Source: Hypanus sabinus
Taxonomy: Eukaryota
DNA: 64,000 nucleotides
Reading direction: 5' to 3'
NCBI RefSeq assembly: GCF_030144855.1
Contig: NC_082718.1
Location: forward strand, 91,140,001 to 91,204,000
Made by a program: the position numbers and the translations under genes. Under the pieces are notes generated by a model, which saw only the letters and a list, made by a program, of their open reading frames with translations, did not search any database and was not told the DNA's origin. Of this stretch, positions 1-12,598 are shown piece after piece. Position 1 is the first letter of the stretch. Each line of letters opens with the position of its first letter.

Positions 1-694
1 CATTTGTACCGTTATTAAAACTGTCCATTCCCCCTTTCATAGCATTGTCAGACTCATGCTCTTCCATGCCTCTTCCTTCCAGACTTGACAATGCATTCCT
101 GCTCAACCTCCCCATACATCATCCTCTACAAAACTGGGTCTGTCCAAAACTGCCATCGCTCCATCATTCCAACACTCCTTTGGCCAGCAATTATTCAGCA
201 GTTCACTTTTAAAGTGGTCAGCCCTTGCTTTCACATCCCTCTGGGCCCTCCCCTTCCTGTATGAGTAACTTCCTCCCACTCAAAAGTTCTGCAACATATC
301 CGAACTGTTCAAACAGTGACCTCCTTTGGAGATAGGAATTCTTTGCAAGAAAAAAAATTGTAACAAATTGACTATATAATCATCTCCCTCTAACCAATAA
401 TAAGGATTACCTACATTCAGTGCTGCTTTATGTCCCCTCCTTCCTCCTCTTGAACATCCACATGAATATCTCTGCTGTGAGGCTTAATCACCTAGCAAGG
501 ATGACTTTGCATTACCTTCCTCATGACAAATGAGAATCATGGTACAATTTTCCAACACTTGCCTCACATTTAAATTTCCCCATTCTATGTGAACTGAATT
601 GATTCCTTTCTAACGTCTCACTAACTTTCAATGCCTCTTAGCGTTCGACACCAGTTGCACAAAAATGTAATTTTATACCCCCTTTCCTTCACAA

Positions 695-961
695 GGGGAA
701 TGCAGCAGTGTTGGAGATGCTGTCTACTGGGTCAGTGGTAACACCAATGCCCTACCTGCCTTCTCAGTTGACAATCAAGTCCAAGCCATCTATCACCTTT
801 ACCAAAACATGTTAATTATTCACTACAACCTTCTTTGTAGAATTTGTTCTGTGCAAATTCACTGCCATATTTCTGATATTGTAACGCGGGCAGATTACTT
901 CAGCAATTGAAAATTACTTTGCACTGGCGTGAAACACCAGCAAGCACAAAAGCAAGTCTTT
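695..961 (+). mobile_element. Highly decayed DeuSINE-like element (SacSINE1/AmnSINE1-type)
   Basis: gttggagatgctgtc...ctacctgccttctcagttgac resembles the Deu domain, and the tail tgtgcaaattcactgcc...gcaagtcttt resembles the DeuSINE 3' end. Matched from memory of the consensus only. Confidence 0.4.
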
Positions 962-1081
962 GACTCAACCATCACCACATATGTGCAGATGCATATTTGA
1001 ATGTTACCCTCCAAGCACTTTTCTATTAGCAGAACATCCATTCCAAATATCTAATCAAGTTTTCCAGCTCAAAGTTTTCCA

Positions 1082-1270
1082 ACACACATGCAAAATGCTG
1101 GAGGAACTCTGCAAGTCAGGCAACATCTAGGGAGGGGAATAAACAGCCAAAGTTTCAGGCCCAGACAACATCAACTGTTTATTCCCTTCCATAGATGCTG
1201 CCTGACTTGCTCAGTTCCTCTATCATTTTGTGTGTGTGTTGCTCAAGATCTCCAGCATCTGCAGAATATC
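1082..1270. mobile_element. Penelope-derived short fold-back (inverted-repeat) element
   Basis: aacacacatgcaaaatgctggaggaact...aataaacag is reverse-complementary to ctgtttattccc...tcattttgtgtgtgtgtt. It ends in the family tail ctccagcatctgcag. Confidence 0.75.
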
Positions 1271-1605
1271 TTATGCTTATGAAAAATGTCTAATTCTAGA
1301 TTCATGGTATTACACATTCATATATTTCTCACATTTCCTGTGTGATCTGGGAAGAGGCCATTTAGCCCACAAATTCTCAGAGCAGTCCCATTCCCCCCAC
1401 TTATTTCCCTGTAATCAACCATCTCTCTCACATAACCATCATCTCTTCCAATTTCCCCCACTACCCAAACGCACAGTAGTCATATACAGCTGTCAACGGC
1501 CAAGACCTTTGAGAAAACCTACACAGTCACAAGGAAAACACGAGACAGCTTTAAATTTGCAATGCCCTATATGAACCAGGAGTCACACATATCACTGTTC
1601 TGACT

Positions 1606-1730
1606 TTAAAGGGTCTGGACCCAAAACATCAACTATTCATTTCCCTCCATAGATGCCCCCTGACCCAATGAGTTCCTCCAGCATTGTGTGTGTTGCTCCA
1701 GATGTCCAGCATTTGCAGTCTCTCATGTCA
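1606..1730 (+). mobile_element. Penelope-derived short repeat (single arm, degenerate hammerhead remnant)
   Basis: aagggtctggacccaaaacatcaact...catagatgcc...gagttcctccagcattgtgtgtgttgctccagatgtccagcatttgcag belongs to the same family as 1082-1270. Confidence 0.7.
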
Positions 1731-4039
1731 TGTAAACATCACACAAGTTTTTAACAACCTTACCAAGGGACCTTTCATCTACCCATCGAAATCATCTTGA
1801 AATCTAAAATACCAACTACATTGTACATTTTCAAATTATCAGAAAAGTTAGGAAAGTTGGATTCCATAACGCAAGTAACATTTTTAATGCATGGTCTGCG
1901 CAACACTATTCAAAATCAATCTTTGGTGATTCTCAACATATCCAATTCTTCCACTTATTTCCCTCTAATTATCGCTCTCATTTAACCATCATATAAAAAT
2001 TAAGTACAAAAACAATTAAGTAGAAATTCAGATTTAGACTTCACTAATAAAACCAGACAGATAAGAAAAAAGTAATTATTTTCTCTTGTGTATTAATCTC
2101 TCATAAATGAATGAATTTATTCTGAAACAACAGTAGAGGTCACAGTATGACTCGCTCCCAACCATTCCAATATTTCTTCTAAGTAGCATAAAGAGAAAAA
2201 TATCTTTCAGCCTTGTAATCCTTTCTATTCCAAGACTAAACTGCGTCAGCAAAATGCAGAACTGGAAACACAACCTCACATGGCACATTAATTCATACAA
2301 TTATCACCTTTTAACCAAATCCAAAACATTACTTAGCTGAGGTCTGACTTAGGATTCAGCACATTTTCACTATGGTTCCGGTTTAATCGCTAATCAGGAA
2401 AGCTGTCCTTTTCCAGCTATTTAGATCCACGCTAGTCAATGCAGCTGTACAAAACAATATCTGCTTCTGATCAACATTAACATTTATACCAGCTTCCATA
2501 TAACCAAAGTCCTTTAACCATGTCATCCCTGGAAAGAAACTCAAGGCCATCTATTTACCCATCTCCCTTGAACGTGGGACACAGAAATGTGCAACAGTGA
2601 CTGAAATAAATTAATTTCCTTCATATTTGTGTCAAATCCCTTCACGTACAAGTATGATTCATTGAAATGCAACAGTTCTCACTGCTCCTACATCCCCTTT
2701 TAAATTGTTACTCTTTAATTCATATCATCACCTTTCATTCTTTCCAAAATACACCGCTATATTGTACTCTTCTCCATTTTAAATCACAGCAGTTATTTGC
2801 CCATTTCACTAGTTTCCGCGTTCTGAAATCTGGTGCTAGCCTCGTCAGTGATCAGTGCATTGGAGTTTGCTGTCCTGTTAAGGACACCCAGTATGGAAAG
2901 ACACATTTATAAATATATGTGCAAAATAATCGCACGGGGGCAAATCTCCAATTGTAAATATTTAATTCAAACAAATCACCAGAGTCAATTTAACCAACAG
3001 CAAAAAAAAACCAAAGATGTGATAGCCAGAGATTGTTCATCAAATTTTTTTTAAACTGTTACTCGAATGAAACATCAGAATTTCAAGCAACTGCAAGAAA
3101 AAGGTGTCAAAATGGTTGAAATTAAACTGCTTTCAGATTTAAAACTTAGTCAACTCTCTAATGACCCCTGATAAAAACATAAATAGATCATTAGTAACTG
3201 CATTATTATAATCCCACAATTAACAATGTGAATTTACCCTCACCTTGCCAATCCCCTAACTATCAGACTCTCCCGCATGTGAGGAAGAGTGGGTTCCAGA
3301 TAACACTATGGCTGCCATCTTATGTTGGGCACCAGGAGGCACACATCAGAATGAAGGCATTGGCCCTTTTTACCGTTTGTACTGCGTTTAATAAAAGGCA
3401 GAAAATAATTGAAGGGATGGGTGGGGAGCTAATTAAAATATATTCCGTGAGGTCTAACTAGAGATCAGCAGTACATTACAGCCAATCATTGATGGGGATG
3501 AATGTTACGCTGAAGCGTTCAGTCACACACAAAAAAAAGATAACAGATTGAAGTTATGAGAATACCAGCATAATTCAACAGATTCGAGATAAATTCACAA
3601 GGCAAATCATTAAGGAGAATTATGGCTTCATTAAGATTAAAAAGATAAATTAATTTACGCGAACACGTTAAGAGCTTCCCACAATGATTTCTTTCGGGGC
3701 CTCACGGTGCCATGCTCTCTTCCACCACCTCGTCCCGCAGTCACTATATTTTGTAATAAATATAAAGCGATCATATGTAACTTTTTTTGATACAGCTCTA
3801 ATTTGTTAACACGCGTCTTCACTACCGAATAAAATCAAAAATGAAAAAAGCTTCAGAATAAACTTTGTTTTTCTCGTTCCAATAACCCCCTCATTACGTG
3901 AATTTTTAAAGTGACACTGCCTACAGGCCTGTGTACAAACCATATACCAAAAGCGCATTAATCGTCTAACTTACTTCGATATCGGGTCGATTTCCTTCTG
4001 ATATGAGAACTGCAATGGGAGGTTTGTGTGTTGTGTTGG

Positions 4040-4704
4040 ATGGGGGCGAAAATAGATTTTTTTTAAAAAAAAGGAGTCCACCCCCGCCACTACCAGGTTC
4101 TGGAGCCGTTTATATGCAAAACACTTTTTAATGTCCTTCCTACCAGCATCTCTGCATGCTGCTTACCAGAAACTGGCAGAGGCGGCAATAGCGAGAGCCA
4201 ATGAGTCGGGATTGGGAGGGGAGGGGGTTGGAAGGTTGCGAAGGAATCATTGGTGTCCTGTCCTGTGTGCAGCGAAGCGATTGCGATCTGGGTCAGGCTT
4301 TGAATCGATGTCGGGGCGGCGCGACTCTCGGGGACGGAGTGTCAGCCGCGTCCCGGAACGCTTGATTGACAGCCGCGGTCTGGGCTCGGCTCGGCTCGTT
4401 CACACTCACTCACACTCACACTCAGCGATCGACCGACCGGCCGGCACAGCAGCGGGCCTTGCGCTCCCTCTCATCAACACACACCAGCAAGCCGTACAGT
4501 ACATGGAGCAGAAGTCACGCTTACAGCGAGGCGACATTTCTACTTAGAATTCGAGGAGGGAGAAGAAAACCTCACGGCGAGCCTCACCTGAGAGACTTTG
4601 CTATTGCCCGTAGCTGGGACTACTTTTTTTTTCTCTCTCTCCACCGGCACGGGAAGAAATAACCTGAATTGAATCGGGAGAGGTTTTTTTAAAAATCTTT
4701 AAAA
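4040..4704 (+). promoter_or_regulatory. CpG-rich promoter and 5' UTR of ORAI1
   Basis: Local rise in CpG density. CCAAT box (agccaatg ~4196-4203), reverse CCAAT (attgg ~4249), and GC boxes (cccccgcc ~4081, ggggcgg ~4312) lie directly upstream of the ORAI1 ATG. Confidence 0.7.
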
Positions 4705-4818
4705 ATGAGCTTGAACGAGCATTCAATGCAAGCTCTGTCTTGGAGGAAGCTCTATCTCAGCAGGGCAAAACTCAAAGCCTCTAGCAGGACGTCAGCTTTA
4801 CTCTCTGGTTTCGCCATG
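4705..4818 (+). CDS. ORAI1: ORAI1 calcium release-activated calcium channel, coding exon 1 (38 aa)
   Basis: [38 protein letters not shown] matches human ORAI1 from Met64 (ETON region and TM1 start). Donor GTAAGT at 4819, phase 0. Confidence 0.97.
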
Positions 4819-6345
4819 GTAAGTTTGTACAGCCGCAGAACGATTAAAGAATTCACCAAGTTGCTATGTCAGTTAACTACTATCTGATCCCCCCGCCGTT
4901 TTAACATTTATTATCTATGCCTTTTACCCCTGTAAACTCACTTATTCATAATTAAGCACTAAAGAACCCTTCACTCCGAGCATATTTTGCAGATTGACCA
5001 GTTATAAATAGCGATAGACACTGCACTAATAATGTTACAAATTAACATATGTTTAAATTGCGTTGAGTAAAAAGGAGTGGATTATTTCCGCACTGGAGTT
5101 TTAAAGCACCCGTTACTGCGGTGTAAGTAATTTACTGTATCGTCGAACTGTCGGACAATGTGTAATCCAGTTAACACAGCTGGAGAAATGTGAATGGTGG
5201 TTTTGTGGGACCAAATTTTTGGTATGAGCAACATTTGACCTCAGTGTAGTATCATTTGCAGACAGGTTTAAAATAATAATTTGGAGATACAGTATTGATG
5301 AAAATCGATTTTGTAATTCTCGCATTCCCTCTCCAGAACAAAAAAAAACTGCAGTAATGCAGCAGATGTCCACGTGTATACTTGGCTTTTTAAACGGCTG
5401 CTATAAACCCTAAATACATTTGCAAGTTCCTTCATTGTATTTAACTTTTGCTTTTCTCTTGAAATGAAGAGATTTTAATTTAGTCTCTGCATGTTTTTAA
5501 TTTGAGCCTTTTTGCAGAATCGTTTTGGTGGGGTATTAGTAATTAAAATCTCCGCAGGGAGGAAGAGCCTTTTCATTGTATTTTCAGTTATTTCAAGTTT
5601 TTGGTGGATTTTTGATATTTTTTACAGATTGTATTCAATCGTTACATCTGAACAAATACAATGTTGGCCATTAATTCATTTTAAATACAGTAATATGTTT
5701 CTAATTAAAGACTACAAAATATTCCTGACCCTAGATATTATGTTTTCAATTACTGGACCCTGGAAATGGCACTGACAGCTTGGCCAGCTGTACAAAATTT
5801 TTATCATATGGAAATCTGACCCTGACGCTTCAATTTACTACACCATTCTCCCTCACTTTCTGAAGTTAATTGAGTCACGTTTCAACAGAAAACAATTCTA
5901 CTGGACCGTTCCTCAAATGGGTTTGTTGAGTATTGGGATTGCCAAGTTCTTTTAAAGGTAACTTAACAGTTGAGTCAATCATTAAATCTTTTTTAAAAAG
6001 TTTGCCCCCAGGTTTCTAAATAAAAATTTCCTAAGTGTAACTATTTTTCTTAATGATGATTTTAGGAGGGATGTATTTCCAATAAAGGAGATGGAGCCAG
6101 CATTTTGGTTTGGTGATTTTCCAACAACACTTTGGGCTGTTGATTGAAATCTGTTTTAGTCAGCACAGATGTTACTGCAGGTGCAAAATATATTCTGTTC
6201 TGTTTTGGATATTCGATACCTGCAGTATTTTATACATGACCTTTATTATCTGCGGGGGGTTTTCTTAATTATGAAGCACATTGGGGTTCACAAAAGAAAA
6301 ACCCCCGCAGAAAGTCAGTTGTTCGTGAGTTATGAAGAACGAAAT

Positions 6346-6610
6346 GGGCACGATAGCATAGCGGTTAGCAAAGCACTTTACAATATCAGGGACCTGGGTT
6401 AAATTCCTGTGAGGAGTTTGCACATTCTATCCATGACCATGTGGGTTTTCTCCGGGTGCTCCGGTTTCCTCCCACAGCCCAAAGACATACCAGTTGGTAG
6501 GTGGATTAGACTTTGTAAATGGCCCCATGATTAGGCAAGGATTAATTTGGAGAATTGCTGGGCAGCTGAACTTGAAGGGCCTATTCCATGTTGTATCTCA
6601 ATAAATAAAA
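6346..6610 (+). mobile_element. V-SINE (HE1-like, tRNA-derived head, LINE-like 3' tail)
   Basis: tRNA-like head (tagcatagcggtt...gggttaaattcc), V-domain gagtttgcacattct...tgtgggttttctccgggtgctccggtttcctcccacagcccaaagac, and A-rich tail. Confidence 0.8.
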
Positions 6611-6941
6611 TGTTCAGTGGAGATGAAAGTATTTCCTGCCCCGGTCCGATAGGACGTTTGAACCTCAAATTTTAGCCCTTCATTTCTTAATTTGTTTTGT
6701 ATTGTAAATAATTTCTTGGGCGCGTCCATCAAACTTAAACTTGTGCTTGGATAAAATGGTCAATGCTAATGTGATAACATCTTGAGGATATTTGAAATAT
6801 TGTAGTTTTCTCTTCTGGAATTGCTTTCATTCATTAGAGAAGATTTCAATTTATTTTATGTCTTTGTATACTTGCATAATCCTAAATTGTTCAGCAGCCA
6901 ATGAAGTGTGTGGGAAATGTGGCCTCTTGCATTTATTGTAG

Positions 6942-7019
6942 CAGTTCCCAAGCTTTTTTAAAGCTTTGGACCCCTACCATTAACTGAGGGGTCCATGGAC
7001 CCCAGGTTGGGAACCCCTG
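6942..7019 (+). mobile_element. ~80-bp hAT (Charlie-type) MITE
   Basis: Right TIR ggttgggaacccctg is intact and the left TIR is partly deleted (cagttcccaa). The internal ggacccctaccattaactgaggggtcc is shared with the copies at 8709 and 12599. Confidence 0.75.
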
Positions 7020-8708
7020 TTGTAATGGATGAATTGAAGCACTCCTCTACATTTCCAAATATAACAATGACATTGTTAACTTTTTTTTAATTCAGGTGCT
7101 GGAAATACTCAGCAAATTGGTTTGCAATGTTGAGATGTTCCCACAACTAATGGTCTCACTTTAAGGATTCTGTCTTGTTCTTGTTATTTATTACTATTCA
7201 TTTATATTTGCATTTGCATCTTTCGTTGTTGTCTGCACTCTGGTTGATCTTTCATTGATCTTGTTATAGTTACTATTCTACAGCGTTGCTGAGTATGCCC
7301 ACAGGGAAATAAATCTTGAGGTTGTACAAGAAGATACATTTGTGCTTTGATAATAAAATTTACTTTGAGCTTTGAACTTCAACGTGAGAAACAGAGTTAA
7401 TATTTAAGATGCATAATTTTTCATCAGAGTTGGTGATAATAGAATTTATTTTGTAGTGGTGTTATGAAAGATGTATTGACCAAGCAATAAGGGACTCTTG
7501 CTCTTTAACATAGTACATTGAAAGCTTTGGTATTCTCTTTGGGACAAAATGGGGTCTCAATTTAATGTCTTGGCACATAATGTAGAAGCCCTTCCCTTGT
7601 ATAGAACTATCAGCTATTTTGTGTCAAGGTTTGCACTGGGACTTGAACCTGATTCAGGTGAGAGCCTCTAATTTAAAAAATTTAAATTGGTACAGATGTG
7701 TGTTTTCTTGCTGCAGAAATAGCTTAACTATTTGTCACCGGATAGATTAGGACACCAAGTAAAATATACTCACTACCAAAATATGTATACTGTATATGAC
7801 CTGGAGATTAATCTTCTTTGCAGGCAGCCACAGGACAAACATAATAGAACACATTTTTAAAAACAACACCACACCACACCACACAACAAAGACTATCGAA
7901 AACACCCGGCGTGAGGAAAGGAAAAATTTTGTAAATAACACACAGAAAATTAACCGCCTTATTAACTCATGTTAGTACAATTAGCCTGTTTCTAATAATG
8001 CATTTTCCCCTTCTGTATAACAGATTTTAGTTTGAATCTCTTCATTCTACAGCACAGAAGCAGCCTTGCTAGCCCTTTACCACAGCAGTCTGGCAGTCCA
8101 GACAGTCATTGACCAATGCTTCTGTCTGATCAGCCAGGTATAACCAACACAGCAATATAGCCTGGCTTTACCTGTGCCACTTTTGCTATAGTCCTGTTAC
8201 CCTGCCCCCACACTCTTAAAACAATCCACACTTTGAACCTCTCTTATCCATATGTGAGGTTTGAGTATCCAGTGACATGGATTTGCCTACTTCACCATCT
8301 GTATACGTAATTGTCATTGTTGTCAGGCTTCTTGTTTGAAATGGGAAGTATCTCTTTTGGGCACCTCCTTCAAAGAGCAGGTGTGATTGGTTAATTCATG
8401 TCCTTCAGTGTGATGTGATTAAATAGAGGGTGGGGTTCAGAAGAGACATCATTTTGGCTTGTTCCTGGAATCGAATGGTTTGTTGACACAGCACCATCTG
8501 TTGGCAGGAAATCAAACAGCATCAATGTTCAGTGTTCAACAACGTCTTTAAATTTTCAAAACAGTTCCAATGTTCATAGTTGTTTTTTGTCGTTCCACGG
8601 CTTCTTGGAGTTAGCCATACGACACGGCAACAGGCCCTTTGGCCTAACTAGTCCATGCCAACCAAGATTCCAGGCTGAGCTAGTCCTATTTGGTCCTTAT
8701 CTCTAAAC

Positions 8709-8784
8709 CAACTTGGAGTCCACGGCACAATTCCCTTTGGTTAATGGTAAGATTCCATGGCATAAAAAAGGTTGGGAACCCCTG
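8709..8784 (-). mobile_element. ~80-bp hAT (Charlie-type) MITE with 8-bp TSD
   Basis: Ends in ggttgggaacccctg and is flanked by ctctaaac at 8701-8708 and 8785-8792, a typical hAT 8-bp TSD. Confidence 0.85.
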
Positions 8785-9319
8785 CTCTAAACCTTTCCTT
8801 TTCCAAGTACCTTTTTTTTTCCAAATGTTGTTAACCACTTCCTCAGTTAGCTCTTTCCATTTTTCCCTCAGCTTCCAATTAAATCTCAAAAATTTAAAAT
8901 TTCACCTCCAATACTTGATACAACCTGGAGAATCGCCTCCTTACAGGAAGCCACAAAATGAAGAAACCTAATAGAACCTATTTAAAAAGACCGTCAAGCA
9001 CCCAATGTGCAGAGAGGGAAGGAAAAAAAACAATGAAAGTTAGCAAATGGCATTCAGAACTGAAGTTCATGAAAGTGAGTCAACAGACACGAAGCCAGTC
9101 ACTACTGCAGCCGATACAGGAACCGGTCCCCACTCCCTGACCTTTCCAATCTGGCCCAGCACTTAAATTGTCCAAACCTCATGTTGTTCCGTGTTCTCAG
9201 ACCCTGGCCCCACTGCTTCAATATGCTCTTGGGCCAGTGGTCCGTCACCTTGATTCAACCTGCACCTGATCTTTCCAATTCGATCCAAAATAACTCTGGT
9301 CTTTTCCTCGCTCTTGGGC

Positions 9320-10135
9320 CCCTCTCACCTTAAACTTAAATACCTCTATAGTTGTTGATTTCCCCAACCCTGGGGGGGATATCACTCCACCTCTGCTCCC
9401 CATGATTTTATACACCTCTATGACATCACCCCAATCCTCCTACGTTCTAACGAAAAAGTCCCAACTCCTCTCCGTAACTCAGTGCCTCAAGTCTTGCAAC
9501 ATCCTTTGTAGGTCTCCGCACTCTTTACTTTTCTATAACAAGGTGACCAAAACTGAATGCAATATTCCAAATGCAGCCTCACCAACATCTTGTACAACTG
9601 CAATGTAACATCTCAGCTTCGATACTCAATATCCTAACTGATAAAAGCCAGTGCAAAAAGCTACCTTCACCACCCTGTCTGCATGTGACGTCACTTACAG
9701 GGAACCATGTATTTATAACCCTGAGTACTTTTGTTCTACAACAATCCTACGAGCCCTAAAATTGACTTCAATGCCCTATCTTGTGTTGTGTTCTCAAAAT
9801 GCAACACTTTGCACTTATCTGAATTAAAATCTATATGCAGTTCCTTGGCCCACTTAGCCAGATGATCAAGTTTCCTCTGTAATTCCTGATTACTAGCTTC
9901 ACTTTCAATGACTAGTACTGTCATCTGCAGACCTTCTAACTATGCCTTGTACATTCTCAACCAAAGCATTGATATAGATAACGAGTAGCAATGGGCTTAG
10001 CACTGGAGGGGGGGGGGGAGGAGACTTTACTAATCGGGGGTCTCCATTCTGAAATAATCTTCCACCGTCACTCTTTGCTTTTGACTTTCAAACCAATTCT
10101 GGATCCAATTATCTGACTCTCCCTGGATCCCATGT
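9320..10135 (-). mobile_element. CR1 LINE fragment (RT 3' part), decayed
   Basis: Minus-strand translation LQRKLDHLAKWAKELHIDFNSDKCKVLHF is typical of the CR1 ORF2 RT C-terminus. Confidence 0.75.
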
Positions 10136-11559
10136 TGTACTGAATTCTAATTGAATTTAAAACATCCAATCTATAACTTTGAGCTTGGGTTCACCATGAA
10201 ACCAATTGTGATAAAATTGATGATTAAAATTTGCAGGATCAAGGCAAACAAGTTATATTATTTGATAGATACTTAAATGTACTGAACTTATAGAAAAAAA
10301 GTGAAGCATTGGAAGGAAAATGTAGTAATTTAATCTTATAGATAAATCTTAATTTTTTTTTGTAATATGTTTGCTGTGAAATTCATTTAGATCGACACTT
10401 TCTCTCAAGCATAACAATTTAGCAAAATAATTAGAATCTTCAACCTTGCTGACAATTTCAACCAAAGCTAAGTTTTGGTTAAAGATAAAAGAGGGGTCTC
10501 TCGGGGGGGGGGGGGGGGAATGAAATAAGGATATTTTGATTTTTGTTTTAATCTCAAACTAGCACTGTAAGCTTTATGAGGAAGTTCCTCTAAGGATCTT
10601 TCATGTCTACAGTATTAATCTGATTCAAAAACTTTTGCAGTTGGAATAAAGTTTAAGCTAATGAAATTTGTGAGCTATTTGATTTTTAAAAAGGGAGTAC
10701 AAGGGAAATTAGATTTTGGCAGAGAAAATGGGTTTAAATAGTAGATTGTTGTTTAACAAAGTAGATAGAACGTGGAAGCAAAACATACAACTGGAGGGCA
10801 ATTTCAAGTTAGATTATTTGAAGCACAAAACTATTCATGTGGAATTAGTTGAGGTAATATGATATTGAATATGCTGGAATTTTCACTTTTTTTTCCTTTG
10901 GCAAGACAAACATAGAAAGCAAATTTGGCAGGGAAATGATGGTATCTGTGGCATAGAGCAAGTAAAACCATTTGAATTAACATGTTGAAGTGAAAAATCT
11001 GAATTAATGATTATTAATTAGTAAGAAAATCCAGAACAGGAAAGGAATCCTTTTTAGGATATAGGCAGGATTTATGAGACCAGAGTGGAAGACTACAAGA
11101 GACAGTTAATTGGTGGGCAGAGAATCAAGGAATGAAGACGCAAAGGTTATAAATTGCAATTAATCAAAATAAGAGCAACTAGTTTTAAATGATACAAGAG
11201 TACTGAAATACTTTAAAAATGTATGATGTAAAGTCGTGGTTAGGAGCTGATTATCCTTTGGTTCCATTAGTCCAGTCTATTAGGAATGTAGTAGGTTCTG
11301 GTTAATTGGGCCATCGGTTAATTAATCAGAGTTTATTTGGGACAACTCTTAGAGAACGGGTCTAAATTTTTTGGGACACTATGCCACTTAATTGGGACAG
11401 GACACTGTTGCCAAACAGTTTCTAACTAGCATCTATCGCATGCAATTGTGCAGTCTTCAGATGCTACACTGTGCATAGGACGATCAGTTTTTAAAATGTT
11501 CAAAAGCACTGATTTTTTTCACTGACAGTTGACAAGAAATAAGAAGTAAGGCAGTTTGG

Positions 11560-12283
11560 CAACATGAGATGCTGGAAATGCAGAGCAACGCACACAAAAT
11601 GCTGCAGGAACTCAGCAGGTCAGGCCGCATCTATGAAAATGAATAAACAGTCGATGTTTCGGGCTGAGACACTTCTTCAAGACTGAGAAGGAAGGGGGAA
11701 GATACCAGAATAAATAGGTGGGAGGGAGGGGAAGGAGGATAGCTGGAATGTGATAGGTGAAGCTAGGTGGGTAGGAAAGATAAAGGGCTGGAGAGGGAGG
11801 AATCTGATAGGAGAGGAGAGTGGACCATTGGAGAGGGGTATGAAGTAGGGGCACCAGGGGAAAGTGATAGGCAGTGAAAAGAGGTAAGAGGTCAGAGTGG
11901 GGAATGGAAGAAAAGGGAAGAGGAAAGGAAAAACATTTTTTACCAGAAAGAGAAATCAATATTCATGCCATCAACCTAATGACATGAAAATTGATTTTTC
12001 CTTATGGTGAAAATGTTTTCCCTCCCCCTTCCTCCTACTCCTATTCCCCTCTGACTTCTTACCTCTCCTCCTCACCCTCCTCCTTCCCCTTCTCCCAAGG
12101 TCCATTCTCCTCTCCTCAGATTCCTTCTTCTTGAACCCTTCCCCCACCCATCTGACTTCACCTATCACCTTCTAGCAATCCTCCTTCCTTTCCCCTCACC
12201 TTTTTATTCTGGCATCTTCCCCCACCTTCATTATCAGTGCTGAAGAAGTTCCGTCCGAAACATCGACTGTTCGTTCATTTCCA
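11560..12283. mobile_element. Penelope-derived head-to-head fold-back insertion with 12-bp TSD
   Basis: Two opposite arms join near 11970 at the GIY-YIG C-terminal codons (DGMNIDFS-like). TSD aaggcagtttgg (11548-11559) / aaggcaatttgg (12284-12295). Each arm has a hammerhead-like motif. Confidence 0.8.
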
Positions 12284-12598
12284 AAGGCAATTTGGAACTG
12301 TTTTGCTCACTGCAGTTTCAAGCATTCAGGTTAGGAGATGCCAGAAATGGTTGGGGGTGAAAACAATTTCAGTATTTCAAGTTAGTAATTATGAAGAATT
12401 TGAAGGAATTGACAATCATCTCAAATGTTACAATGAAAATGAAGATTTGGAGGATGTGATCGTCTGAAACATTGTATGAAGGCACTCATTAGCTACACTA
12501 GGTATCTGTGCTGATTTCGTTCACCTGCAATCACGGCAGGTGAATTCCTCCATCGATAACTATTAGGAACTAATACAGGGTTTTATAGTACTGTAAAC

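Noticed and set aside
4131-4662. ORFs of 138 aa and 98 aa upstream of ORAI1 as an N-terminal extension or a separate gene
   Set aside because: No recognisable protein similarity. Both stop before 4705 and a TAA at 4690 blocks the ORAI1 frame. Long ORFs are expected in GC-rich promoter sequence.
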